Source: Chthoniobacteraceae bacterium (GTDB lineage: Bacteria; Verrucomicrobiota; Verrucomicrobiia; Chthoniobacterales; Chthoniobacteraceae). From it: DNA of 31,250 bases. The notes below the pieces were generated by a model that searched no databases, was not told where the DNA came from, and worked only from the letters and a program-made list of their open reading frames with translations. Each line of letters opens with the position of its first letter. Within the stretch, counting starts at the first letter, position 1. Position numbers and translations under genes: made by a program. Below are positions 1 through 10,838 of this stretch, in pieces. The DNA lies in assembly GCA_031409655.1 (NCBI GenBank), contig JANNXQ010000293.1, positions 1 through 31,250 of the forward strand, written 5' to 3'.

Positions 1-1
1 C

Positions 2-850
2 AAATTCGTGCAGCAGGCGCTCGACACCTACCTGCACAAGAACCGCGAGACCGCCGAAATCATCCGCAAGAAAATCGAGGAGAACGAGCACGAGCGGAAG
101 GAACTCGCCGGCATCCGCAACATCGCCAAGGAACGCGCGAAGAAAGCCTCGCTCCACAACAAGAAGCTGCGCGACTGCCGCCTCCACCTCGGCGACAAAA
201 ACCCGCGCGCCGAGGAGAGCACGCTGTTCATCGTCGAGGGCGACTCCGCCGCCGGCTCACTCACCGCCACACGCGACGTGCAGACGCAGGCCGTCTTCGC
301 GCTGAAAGGCAAACCGCTCAACACCTACGGCCTCACCAAAAAGGTCATCTACGAAAACGAGGAGTTCCACCTTCTCCAGGCCGCCCTCAACATCGAGGAC
401 GGACTCGACGGCCTGCGCTACAACAAGATCGTCATCGCCACCGACGCCGACGTGGACGGCATGCACATCCGCCTGCTGCTGCTCTCGTTCTTCCTGCAGT
501 TCTTCCCCGACGTCATCCGCAACAACCACCTCTTCATCCTGCAGACGCCGCTCTTCCGCGTCCGCAACAAGAAGGTCACGAAGTATTGCTACAGCGAGCA
601 GGAGAAACAGGCCGCCGTCACCGCGCTCGGCGCCAGCCACGAAATCACGCGCTTCAAAGGCCTCGGCGAAATCTCCGCTGGCGAGTTCAAGGACTTCATC
701 GGCGAAAACATCCGCCTCGACCCGATCAACCTCCACCACCTCTACAGCTCCGACGAACTCCTCTCGTTCTTCATGGGAAAGAACACGCAGGAGCGGCAGG
801 AGTTCATCATCAACAACCTCCGCGTGGAGAAGGACCTCATCGAGGTCTGA
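2..850 (+). CDS. parE: Type IIA topoisomerase subunit B, C-terminal part (likely topoisomerase IV ParE); 5'-truncated by the window edge
   Basis: TOPRIM motifs LFIVEGDSA and [12 protein letters not shown], plus [15 protein letters not shown] in place of PLRGKILN, and the [12 protein letters not shown] end, resemble the Bacteroidota/PVC-type ParE rather than canonical GyrB. The frame is open from position 2. Confidence 0.8.
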   Translation, partial: KFVQQALDTYLHKNRETAEIIRKKIEENEHERKELAGIRNIAKERAKKASLHNKKLRDCRLHLGDKNPRAEESTLFIVEGDSAAGSLTATRDVQTQAVFALKGKPLNTYGLTKKVIYENEEFHLLQAALNIEDGLDGLRYNKIVIATDADVDGMHIRLLLLSFFLQFFPDVIRNNHLFILQTPLFRVRNKKVTKYCYSEQEKQAAVTALGASHEITRFKGLGEISAGEFKDFIGENIRLDPINLHHLYSSDELLSFFMGKNTQERQEFIINNLRVEKDLIEV

Positions 851-924
851 GATGGCCAGGAAACAAACCGCGGCGCTGCCAGCCCGGGAGCACCTCCGTG
901 AGTCCTGCCTCCGCGGCCGTGGCG

Positions 925-999
925 TGGTGCGCGGTACAGGGTTCGAACCTGTGACCCCTACAGTGTCAATGTAGTGCTCTACCACTGAGCTAACCGCGC
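925..999 (-). tRNA. tRNA-Val (anticodon GAC)
   Basis: The reverse complement folds as GCGCGGT-TA-GCTC AGTGGTA GAGC-A-CTACA TT GAC AC TGTAG-GGGTC-ACAGG TTCGAAC CCTGT-ACCGCGC-A-CCA, with an encoded CCA end. Confidence 0.97.
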
Positions 1000-1044
1000 T
1001 TCGCGCTCGGATGCTCCCGTTTCCGGGCGCATCGAGGGGGGCGA

Positions 1045-1073
1045 AAGGTGCCGGGGATTTTTCCTCGCGGCAA
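1045..1073 (-). promoter_or_regulatory. Candidate sigma70 promoter for tRNA-Val
   Basis: Minus strand TTGCCG-N17-CACCTT, followed by a GC-rich discriminator and a GAAA-loop leader hairpin just before the tRNA. Confidence 0.35.
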
Positions 1074-1187
1074 GGCTTTTTGGTTCCGGGTTTGAGCGCA
1101 CCGCGACCGGCCCTTTGCCGCGCCCGCGATTCGGTGCCGGCCGCGGCATTTTCCTCTGCCTGATTGGCCAGACACTCCCGCGCCGCC

Positions 1188-1496
1188 CTACGGATTCGTC
1201 GGCGCGAAGACTTCTTCGCCTTCCTCCACCGCCACCGCGTCGTCCACTTCCTGGTAGGAAAGCGGCGCAAACCGCTCCGCATTGAACCCGCGCTCCACGC
1301 CCACCTTGTTCGTCGGATTCACCACCCCGATCAGATACACCGCCACCTCGCCCTCCGCGCCCGAGAGCGCCTGACCCGGCACCACATCGCGGATCACATA
1401 GATCTGATCCTTCACCGGGAATTGATTGTAGAGCTTCTCAATGCCGAGCGGAAACTTGGCATCGATACAGACGACCTTTTGATTGGGGATAAACAT
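1188..1496 (-). CDS. Small hypothetical protein (102 aa)
   Basis: The ORF from ATG 1496 (MFIPNQKVVCIDAKFP...ERGFNAERFAPL) has a protein-like composition and an acidic tail. The upstream extension to 1562 looks non-coding. Confidence 0.7.
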   Translation of the reverse strand: MFIPNQKVVCIDAKFPLGIEKLYNQFPVKDQIYVIRDVVPGQALSGAEGEVAVYLIGVVNPTNKVGVERGFNAERFAPLSYQEVDDAVAVEEGEEVFAPTNP

Positions 1497-1563
1497 GACG
1501 CGTGGGGATCGAGAATCTGCGCGCAATTCCTCAACTGCCAAGCTCCATTGGTCGTCCGTCAAC

Positions 1564-1733
1564 CTAGCAGCCTTTTGAGGAACACCCCGACGCCCCGGAG
1601 CACAGGCTTCCAGCCTCTGGGTTTCGCCCGCCGCAGACCGATGAATGCTGGGTTTGCAGGCGGGACGCCCCAGGCCCCACCGCCGGGACGGCTGTGCTCC
1701 GCCGCGTCGCCGCGTGTTTCAAAACGCTGCTAG
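1564..1733. mobile_element. MITE-like element, 170 bp, CTAG-bounded
   Basis: Terminal inverted repeats CTAGCAGCCTTTTGAGGAACAC and GTGTTTCAAAACGCTGCTAG. Nested internal IRs CGACGC/GCGTCG and GGAGCACAG/CTGTGCTCC. Confidence 0.65.
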
Positions 1734-1780
1734 AGCGTGTCGTGCTCTCCCGCCGAAGGGCCGGCCCCGGTCTAATCGGA

Positions 1781-3598
<1,818 letters not shown>

Positions 3599-3632
3599 GC
3601 GGAGTGCTGGCGTCCTCCGGTTGCGTTAAAAG

Positions 3633-3730
3633 GAACATCGAACGTCGAACGTCGAACATCGAACATCGAACGATGAATGCGGCCCTCTTCCTTTCGACGT
3701 TCAGTGTTCGACGTTCGATGTTCGATGTTC
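3633..3730. repeat. Heptamer tandem-repeat inverted pair (GAACRTC)n / (GAYGTTC)n between nuoK and nuoL
   Basis: gaacatc gaacgtc gaacgtc gaacatc gaacatc gaacgat ... gacgttc agtgttc gacgttc gatgttc gatgttc. Confidence 0.92.
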
Positions 3731-3737
3731 TGCATTT

Positions 3738-4061
3738 TCAAAATTTCAGCGAGTTGATGTCCTCGACGTGGGTCGTCTGCCGGGCGCGGTAGAGGGCGAC
3801 GATGATGGCCAGACCGACGGCGACCTCCGCGGCGGCGACGGTGATGATGAAAAAGACGAGGACTTGCGCGTTGTAGTCAGGGAGGCCATTTGCGCCGACG
3901 TTGAAGCGGCTAAACGCGACGAGCGAGAGGTTGGCGGCGTTCAGCATCAATTCGAGGCACATGAAGATGATGATGATATTCCGCCGCAGCATCACGCCGG
4001 CGAAGCCAATGGCGAAGAGCAGGCCGGAGACGAGCAGGTAGTCGTTGAGCGTGAGAATCAT
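3738..4061 (-). CDS. nuoK: NADH-quinone oxidoreductase subunit K
   Basis: [20 protein letters not shown] and [12 protein letters not shown] carry the two conserved Glu; three TM helices. Confidence 0.97.
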   Translation of the reverse strand: MILTLNDYLLVSGLLFAIGFAGVMLRRNIIIIFMCLELMLNAANLSLVAFSRFNVGANGLPDYNAQVLVFFIITVAAAEVAVGLAIIVALYRARQTTHVEDINSLKF

Positions 4062-4576
4062 TTCAGTTCGCGCTTGGAGAGGACGACGACGCCAATCGTG
4101 GCCACAAGGATGAGCACGCCGATGACTTGGAAAGGGAGCGTGTGGATCGAGAACAGGGTCTCGCCGACTTGGCGGACGTCATCAAGGCGTTGTCCGGGCA
4201 GACTTTCCAGATTGAGCGGCGGGAAGGGCTTCTGGCCTTCGGGAAAACGGCGCAGGACGAGGGCGATCTGGAGCATGAAGACGACGGACACGAGCCCGCC
4301 GCCTGCCCAGGCGATCACGTTATTCTTCCGCCGCGCTTCGGCTTTGAGATCCAGCAGCATGATGATGAAAAGGAAGAGCACCATGACAGCGCCCGCGTAA
4401 ACGAGAATCTGAATGACCCCGATGAAGTAGGCATCCAGGCCGATGAAGAGCGACGCGAGGCCAAGGAAGGAAACCACGAGGCAAAGGGCGCACGCGACGG
4501 GGTTGCGATTGGCGACGACGGCCACGCCGAAGCCCAGCATCAGGATGGCGAAGAACCAGAAGAGCAGGGGATTCAT
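4058..4576 (-). CDS. nuoJ: NADH-quinone oxidoreductase subunit J
   Basis: NPVACALCL and [20 protein letters not shown] motifs; 4-bp overlap with nuoK. Confidence 0.96.
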   Translation of the reverse strand: MNPLLFWFFAILMLGFGVAVVANRNPVACALCLVVSFLGLASLFIGLDAYFIGVIQILVYAGAVMVLFLFIIMLLDLKAEARRKNNVIAWAGGGLVSVVFMLQIALVLRRFPEGQKPFPPLNLESLPGQRLDDVRQVGETLFSIHTLPFQVIGVLILVATIGVVVLSKRELK

Positions 4577-4582
4577 CGGCAG

Positions 4583-4688
4583 GATTGCAGATCGCAGATT
4601 GCAGATTGCAGTTGTCGCAGCGTTGGACCTCCGGCGAGGGATTCGGATGCACCGTTCAATCCGAAATCCGAATTCTGAAATCTGAAAT
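4583..4688. repeat. Heptamer tandem-repeat inverted pair (GATTGCA)n / (CYGAAAT)n between nuoI and nuoJ
   Basis: gattgca gatcgca gattgca gattgca ... ccgaaat ccgaatt ctgaaat ctgaaat; the best-matching units pair at 6 of 7 positions. Confidence 0.85.
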
Positions 4689-5222
4689 TCACTTCAGAGG
4701 GTTCCATTTGTGGACCAGGCCGTCGAAAACTCCTCCGAGTTCGTAGAGCTTGCGCTTGTCATTCACCATTTCGGCGCGGGTGATGCCGGTAATGGCGTAA
4801 TCCTTCCGCAGGTAAATGGCTTGCTCCGGGCAGACTTCCTCGCACATGCCGCAGTAAATGCAGCGGATCATGTCGATCTTGAATTCCTTCGAACGCTTCT
4901 CGACTTTCGCCCACTTGTCATCGGCGGGGATTTCCTCCGGGGTGATGGTGATGGCTCGCGGCGGGCAGATAAACTCGCAGAGCTGGCAGGCGACGCAGCG
5001 TTCGCGACCATGCCCGTCGGTCACCAGAGTCGGCGCGCCGCGATAGTGCTCCGGCATGTTGGCGTCCCACTTCTCCTCGGGATACTGCATGGCGACTTTC
5101 GTCTTTCCCTGCAGCATGCGTTTGAGGTGATTGAAGGTAATGACCAAGCCAGCGACGATGGAGGGAAGATAGATCTTTTCCTTCCAGGTCAAATTGGGGC
5201 GAGGGACGACGTAGGAGGCCAT
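4689..5222 (-). CDS. nuoI: NADH-quinone oxidoreductase subunit I
   Basis: Two [4Fe-4S] motifs, CVACQLCEFICP and CIYCGMCEEVCP; QYPEEK. Confidence 0.97.
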   Translation of the reverse strand: MASYVVPRPNLTWKEKIYLPSIVAGLVITFNHLKRMLQGKTKVAMQYPEEKWDANMPEHYRGAPTLVTDGHGRERCVACQLCEFICPPRAITITPEEIPADDKWAKVEKRSKEFKIDMIRCIYCGMCEEVCPEQAIYLRKDYAITGITRAEMVNDKRKLYELGGVFDGLVHKWNPLK

Positions 5223-5239
5223 TGGTTATGAGGAAAGGC

Positions 5240-5335
<96 letters not shown>

Positions 5336-5337
<2 letters not shown>

Positions 5338-6496
5338 ATTTCGTGAAGGCGAGGATGCCGGCGGTGATGAAGATGTTCACCAAAGCAATTTCGAAGAGAT
5401 AGAGCCAACCGAGCTTCATAAGTTGATCATAACGGAAGCGCGGGAGCGTCCAGCGGACCCAGATAAAGAACAGAAGAAGCAGGCTCACCTTGCCGAAGAA
5501 GGTCGCAATATTCACCAAGCCCCAGACCCAACCGGGGACACTGTGCAGGATAGCCAAGCCGATGGTATTTGCACCATCGGGGATGAGCGGCAGGTGCCAG
5601 CCGCCAAAGAAGAGGACGACGATGAGGGCGCTGCCGGCAATCATCGCGGTGTATTCCCCGAGGAAGAAGAGGGCGAATTTCATCGACGAATACTCGGTAT
5701 GATAACCGGCGACTAACTCCGTCTCCGACTCCGGAAGATCGAAAGGAAGACGGTTCGTCTCCGCGAACATCGAGATCGTGAAGGTGATGAAGGCGATGAT
5801 GACCGGAATCCAGAGGAGGATGTCGCGTCCGTTAAGACCGCCGTCCGTGAACGGTGCGAGCAACCAGCCGTGATTTACCTGGTAGTTGATGATACTGCTG
5901 AGTTGGGTGGAGCCGCAGATGAGCAGGACGGGCACCGCGCTCAGCCCCATGCAGAGTTCGTAGCTGATCATCTGCGAGGTGCTGCGGATGCCGCCGAGGA
6001 AGGGGTACTTGGAATTTGACGACCAACCGGCGAGGACGATGCCATAGACGCCGACGCTCGAGATCGCGAACATGAAAAGCAGGCCGACATTGATGTCTGC
6101 GACGACCATCGGAACGCCGAGGAAAGTGCTGCCGAAGGGAATCGCCGCGAGGGTGACGATGGCTGGCATCATCGCCAGACACGGGGCGAGCCAGAAGTAG
6201 ATCGTATTCACGTGCCGCGGCACAAAGTCCTCCTTGAGGAGGAACTTCACCGCATCAGCGACTGGCTGACCGAGGCCGCCGAGGAAAGGCGAGAAGTCTT
6301 TCTTAAAGCCAAGAAGCGTGAGCGGGAAGCCGGTGCGGTTCGGACCGATTCGATCCTGGATCAAGGCTGAGACGCGGCGTTCCGCATAGACGGTGTAACT
6401 GACCATCGGCAGCACCACGAGGAAGATCAGGAAGATCGTCTTCCCGAGCGAGGTGCCGATCTGAAACCAGAAGTCGAAGGAGGTCAGGAAATCCAT
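5336..6496 (-). CDS. nuoH: NADH-quinone oxidoreductase subunit H
   Basis: ERRVSALIQDRIGPNR, GWSSNSKYPFLGG, AETNRLPFDLPESETELVAGYHTEYS and PRFRYDQLM motifs. Confidence 0.97.
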
Positions 6497-6500
6497 TACT

Positions 6501-8162
6501 TCACCCAGCCGTTGGCGTGGCTTCTCCGACTAGTTGTACCCCTTGGTCGCCGATCATACTCAGGCTCAGGTCGGCAAATTCCTTCACTTCGCCAGCCATC
6601 GCGCGGAAGACGTCCTCGATCACGGCAATGCCATTCGAGCCACTGAAGGCTTGGATAAAATCGCGCAGAATCTCCCAGTCGTCGCGAGCATTGCCGGGTG
6701 GGTTCACCGCACGGTTGAGACGCTGGAGGCGCCCTTTGAGATTGATCATGGAGCCGCGCTTTTCGACCCAGGCGCTGGCGGGAAAAAGGACGGTGGCCTT
6801 TGCGGTGGTGGCGTTTGGCAGGATGTCGAGCGCGATGATGGCGTCGAGCTTCCTAAGATCGGCTTCGGTGAGGCCAGCTTTAGTAAGGTCTTCGCCCAAG
6901 GTAATGACGGTCTTGATCTTTCCGGCGCGGATCCCTTCCACGAGCTGCGGCAGCCGCGAGCCGGGAGTGTCGCTGGCGAGACCGAGTAACTTGGCGCCCG
7001 TGGTGTTCGGATTGCGGTCGGCGGCGATCAGGAGTTGATCGGGCTCGGCGAGGCGCGGGAGGATGTCGTGCTGATTGGCGATCTTGCAGGTGGTGACGAG
7101 GCGTTTGGCGAGAAAGAGTTCCTCATTGGTCGCGCGCCCGGAAGCGACGAGCCAGACTTGCTCCTTGGTGTGCGCTCTCAGGATCTCCGCGGCTATGGCG
7201 GTTGCCGTGCGCCAATCGACGGGCTGTCCCTTGACCATCGGTGTCTTGAGCCGGCGCTCGTCCCCAACGTATTTGAAATTCAGCCGATGCGAATCCGGGA
7301 GCCAGCAGCCATTGACATCACCATTTTCCCGCGGGGTGATCCGGTAGATGACATTCTCGCGGGAGCCGATGGTGATGTTCGAGCCAGTGCCGCAATTGAC
7401 GTCGATCGTCGGCGTCTCGCGCAGGAACCAGACGCGCATCTTAAAACGGAAGTCGGTCGAGGTGAGCGCACCGACCGGGCAGATATCGACGGTGTTGAGC
7501 GAGTAGTTGTTATCGAGCGTGCGATTCGGGTGACAGGAAATCGAGTTGAAGCTCCCGCGCTCGACGATGCCGAGCACGTCGTCATCCGCCACCTCTTTCA
7601 TGAAGCGGATACAGCGGGTGCAAAGGATGCAACGTTCGGCGTCGAGCGTGACGCGCGGTCCGAGATCAACGGACTTCGGCTTCTTGACCTTATGCTCGAG
7701 AAAGTGCGACTCGCCATTGCCATACTCAACGGCGAATTCCTGCAGCTTGCACTCGCCAGCCTGATCGCAGATCGAACAGTCCAGGGGGTGATTGATGAGC
7801 AGGAACTCCATCACGCCCTTGCGGCAGTCCTGAACCATTGGCGAGTCGGTGCGCACGCCCATTCCTTCGCTCACGTCCTGGGCGCAGGAGATTTGCGGAC
7901 GGGGGATCCAGGAGATCTCCGGCTTGCCGTCCGGGCCGAGGACTAACTTCCGATCCGGCGTCATCTTCGGGGTGCCCAGTTCGATGAGGCACATGCGGCA
8001 GTTACCCGGCGACGAGAGCTTCTCGTGGTAGCAGTAATGCGGGATGAATTTCTTGGCCTGCTTGCAGGCTTCGATTACGCGGGTGCCTTTGGGAAATTGC
8101 AGCCAGACGCCGTCAATCTGGACGTTGACCATTTGGACAGGCGCGGCGATTTCGGTGGTCAT
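6501..8162 (-). CDS. nuoG: NADH-quinone oxidoreductase subunit G (short form, 553 aa)
   Basis: N1b CYHEKLSSPGNCRMC...C, N5 HPLDCSICDQAGEC, N4 CILCTRC...CP, and a molybdopterin-oxidoreductase-like C-terminal fold. Confidence 0.95.
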   Translation of the reverse strand: MTTEIAAPVQMVNVQIDGVWLQFPKGTRVIEACKQAKKFIPHYCYHEKLSSPGNCRMCLIELGTPKMTPDRKLVLGPDGKPEISWIPRPQISCAQDVSEGMGVRTDSPMVQDCRKGVMEFLLINHPLDCSICDQAGECKLQEFAVEYGNGESHFLEHKVKKPKSVDLGPRVTLDAERCILCTRCIRFMKEVADDDVLGIVERGSFNSISCHPNRTLDNNYSLNTVDICPVGALTSTDFRFKMRVWFLRETPTIDVNCGTGSNITIGSRENVIYRITPRENGDVNGCWLPDSHRLNFKYVGDERRLKTPMVKGQPVDWRTATAIAAEILRAHTKEQVWLVASGRATNEELFLAKRLVTTCKIANQHDILPRLAEPDQLLIAADRNPNTTGAKLLGLASDTPGSRLPQLVEGIRAGKIKTVITLGEDLTKAGLTEADLRKLDAIIALDILPNATTAKATVLFPASAWVEKRGSMINLKGRLQRLNRAVNPPGNARDDWEILRDFIQAFSGSNGIAVIEDVFRAMAGEVKEFADLSLSMIGDQGVQLVGEATPTAG

Positions 8163-8167
8163 CGGGG

Positions 8168-10141
8168 TTAGCGCGTTGCTGCCGGAGCCATAAATTCGTG
8201 TCCGTTGCCACGCGGGGCTGGGATGGCTTCTATTTTCTCGTTGGCGATCAATTCCTCCGAGGTGTACTCCGGTGGCATCGGTGGCGGGAGCGGCTTGTGC
8301 GCTTTGGCGATGAATTCTTCGCGGAACTTGGCGACGAAGGATTGCGTCGGCCAGGAGCAGGCTTCGCCAAAGGCGCAGATGGTCTTACCGGCGATATTGT
8401 CGCCGATTTTCTTGAGTTGATCCGGATCCTGCTCGGTGCCGCCGCCGGCGAGGATGCGATCGGTGATCTTTCGCATCCACTGCGCGCCTTCGCGGCAGGG
8501 CGTGCATTGGCCGCAGCTTTCGTGAGCGTAGAAGGTGTTAATGTTATTCAGGCACTCGACCATGTTGCGCGAGTCATCCATGACGATGACGCCGCCAGAA
8601 CCAGCCATCGAGCCCGCTGCCGCGAGGGTGTCGAAGTCCATGGGGAGATCTTCGAGGGTCATCTCCTGGTCCTTGATTTTGTACTTCTCGCCAGCTTTCA
8701 AAACCTTGGCCGATGAACCGCCGGGGATCACAGCCTTGAGCTTCCGTCCCGGCTGGAGTCCGCCACAAATGTCGTAGATCAACTCGCCCATCGTCACCGT
8801 GCCTACCTCCACTTCGTAATAACCCGGCTTAACGACATCGCCGCTGACGCAGAGGATTCGGGTGCCGGTGTTGTTCGGCTTGCCGAGCTTGGCAAACTCG
8901 CCGCCACCCATCGCGATGATGTGCTTCACGTCGCAGAGCGTCTCCACGTTATTGACGATCGTCGGGCACATCCAGAGGCCGAGCACGGCTGGGAAGTAGG
9001 GAGGTTTGATGCGGGGATAAGCGCGCTTGCCTTCGAGGGATTCGATGAGTCCGGTCTCCTCGCCGCAGATGTACGCTCCCGCGCCGCGATGCACGTGGAT
9101 CTCACAGTCAAAACCGCTGCCGAGGATGTTCTTGCCGAGAAAGCCGCGCTTGCGGGCGTCCGCGAGGGCAGTCTCCAGGATCCGCGCACCTTCCGGGAAT
9201 TCTCCGCGGATGTAGATGTACGCCAGACTCGCACCGACGGCGAAGCACGAGATGATCATGCCTTCCAGGAGCTGATGCGGATCCTGATGGATGATGTAGC
9301 GGTCCTTGAAAGTGCCGGGTTCGGACTCGTCCGCGTTGCAGATCAGATAGGTCGGCTTCGGGCCGCCGCGTTTGATAAAGCCCCATTTTACCCCGCACGG
9401 AAAACCCGCGCCGCCGCGGCCGCGCAGTCCGCTCTTCTTCACCTCGTCGGTGATTTCCTCCGGCTTCATCCCGAGCGCCTTCTTTAAGTCAGTGTAGCCA
9501 CCATTGTGGAGGTAGCACTCGATGTCGTTCGTCCAGCCCTCGCGGTCGATGTTTTTAAAGACCAGTCGCTTCTCGCGCGGATGCGGCGGCAGCACTTTTG
9601 GCAAGGTGGCATCCGAGCGTTGCAGCTTCAGGAGGTCCGGTGCGTCCGCAGGCTTGATGTTCTCTTTGAAAAGGTCATCCACCATCGCCACGGGCGCGCT
9701 CCCGCAGGAGGCAAGGCATTCCACGAATTCGATGCTGTATTCGCCATTCGCGCTCACGGCCACCGGGTTGCCGTGCTCCTTGTTCGCGTGATGCGCGTTT
9801 TCGTGCTCCCACTGGTGAATGTCGATGCCCGCCGCTTTCGCCACGGCATCGCGCAAGCCAAGACTGCCGGCCAGCGAACAGGAGAGGGTGCGGCAGACGC
9901 GGATGTGCCGTTTGCCCGCGGGTTGCCGGCGGAACATCGGATAGAAGGTCACCAGTTCCAGCACATTGATCGGCGAGAGTCCGAGCTTTGCCGCGATCCA
10001 GGCCACGGCATCGTCCGACACATAGCCGAAGTGCTCCTGCCACAAATGCAGCAGCGGGAGCGACGCCGCGCGCTTTTTATCCGCGGGGTAATGCGTGATC
10101 GCGTCGTCGATGTGGGAGAGCAGGTCAGCAGGGAGATTCAT
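8168..10141 (-). CDS. nuoF: Fused NADH-quinone oxidoreductase subunits E and F (NuoE-NuoF), 657 aa
   Basis: One ORF from ATG 10141. NuoE part: LPLLHLWQEHFGYV, VTFYPMF, [2Fe-2S] ligands CRTLSC...CLASC. It continues without a stop into NuoF: GLRGRGGAGF, NADESEPGTFKDR, YICGEETGLIESLEG, ESCGQCTPCREG...TIC. Confidence 0.93.
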   Translation of the reverse strand: MNLPADLLSHIDDAITHYPADKKRAASLPLLHLWQEHFGYVSDDAVAWIAAKLGLSPINVLELVTFYPMFRRQPAGKRHIRVCRTLSCSLAGSLGLRDAVAKAAGIDIHQWEHENAHHANKEHGNPVAVSANGEYSIEFVECLASCGSAPVAMVDDLFKENIKPADAPDLLKLQRSDATLPKVLPPHPREKRLVFKNIDREGWTNDIECYLHNGGYTDLKKALGMKPEEITDEVKKSGLRGRGGAGFPCGVKWGFIKRGGPKPTYLICNADESEPGTFKDRYIIHQDPHQLLEGMIISCFAVGASLAYIYIRGEFPEGARILETALADARKRGFLGKNILGSGFDCEIHVHRGAGAYICGEETGLIESLEGKRAYPRIKPPYFPAVLGLWMCPTIVNNVETLCDVKHIIAMGGGEFAKLGKPNNTGTRILCVSGDVVKPGYYEVEVGTVTMGELIYDICGGLQPGRKLKAVIPGGSSAKVLKAGEKYKIKDQEMTLEDLPMDFDTLAAAGSMAGSGGVIVMDDSRNMVECLNNINTFYAHESCGQCTPCREGAQWMRKITDRILAGGGTEQDPDQLKKIGDNIAGKTICAFGEACSWPTQSFVAKFREEFIAKAHKPLPPPMPPEYTSEELIANEKIEAIPAPRGNGHEFMAPAATR

Positions 10142-10160
10142 GTAGGGCGATACGTGCTGC

Positions 10161-10508
10161 TCACTTGACTGGTTTCTCCGGCGCTGGACTGCCGAGCAGT
10201 TGCACCTCGGAGACGAGTTTATTGTCCACGAAATGCAGGACCACGGTCTCGCCATCCTGCTCATAGAAATAACGGACGACATCCACCTCCTTCTTCTGCG
10301 TCTCGAGCGGCAGCTTCGTGGATTCCACCTGTTTCGGCAGACCGAGGATGGACTCCACCTCCTTCGGGCTCACGCCTTTACCCACCTTCTCCAGAGCGTC
10401 GCGCTGCTTGTTCACCACGGCAATATTCGCGTTGGTGATGCGCGGCCCGCAGCCTGTGAGGGCGAAAAGCGGGATGGAAAGCAGGACAGTGAGAGTCATG
10501 CGGCGCAC
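10161..10508 (-). CDS. Small lipoprotein, possibly BamE/SmpA-OmlA-like fold
   Basis: A GTG start at 10508 gives MRRMTLTVLLSIPLFALTG-C (lipobox). GVSPKEVESILGLP and LHFVDNKLV resemble the SmpA/OmlA pattern. It ends 19 bp before nuoEF. Confidence 0.75.
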   Translation of the reverse strand: MRRMTLTVLLSIPLFALTGCGPRITNANIAVVNKQRDALEKVGKGVSPKEVESILGLPKQVESTKLPLETQKKEVDVVRYFYEQDGETVVLHFVDNKLVSEVQLLGSPAPEKPVK

Positions 10509-10518
10509 GATGCTGGTG

Positions 10519-10547
10519 AGAATGCGAAGGGCTCGGATGGCTCGCAA
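10519..10547 (-). promoter_or_regulatory. Candidate sigma70 promoter for the lipoprotein-nuoEF...L operon
   Basis: Minus strand TTGCGA-N17-CATTCT, ending 10 nt before the GTG start. Confidence 0.5.
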
Positions 10548-10552
10548 GGAAT

Positions 10553-10570
10553 TTGTGAAATATTTCACAA
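10553..10570. promoter_or_regulatory. Perfect 18-bp palindrome, Rex-type operator (also fits the CRP-family core)
   Basis: TTGTGAAATATTTCACAA matches TTGTGAA-N4-TTCACAA exactly. It is AT-rich in GC-rich DNA and lies 5 bp upstream of the candidate -35. Confidence 0.75.
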
Positions 10571-10838
10571 GCGCCGCAGCTACGGCCTGAGATGGGGCGC
10601 TCCGATCCGGCTGCGGACGGATTCTAGCAGTTAGATGCGGAGGAAAATTTTCCGCCGATATAGCCACCAACAGGCCAGCAAAAGCATGATGATCCCGCGA
10701 TAGGCGTCGAGGGAGGCGAGACGCGGTGAAAGCGCGGCGCCGGCGGGTGCGGCTGCACTTTGGGGGGACGGCGCGGTCATGGGAGCCGAAGTCGCGTCAG
10801 GGTGACTGCGGGCGACGAGCCGCGAATTGCGGCGACCT

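Noticed and set aside
851..999. tRNA-Val 3' end as a prophage or island attachment site
   Set aside because: No integrase and no duplicated tRNA 3' fragment in the window; the flanking gene is a housekeeping topoisomerase.
1500..1562. Weak 7-nt phasing (tgacgga cgaccaa tggagct tggcagt tgaggaa on the minus strand) upstream of the small hypothetical gene
   Set aside because: Too degenerate, and there is no inverted partner.
7068..7092. Possible vestigial heptamer tract in nuoG (CKIANQH)
   Set aside because: Only 2-3 imperfect units and no partner arm; compatible with chance.
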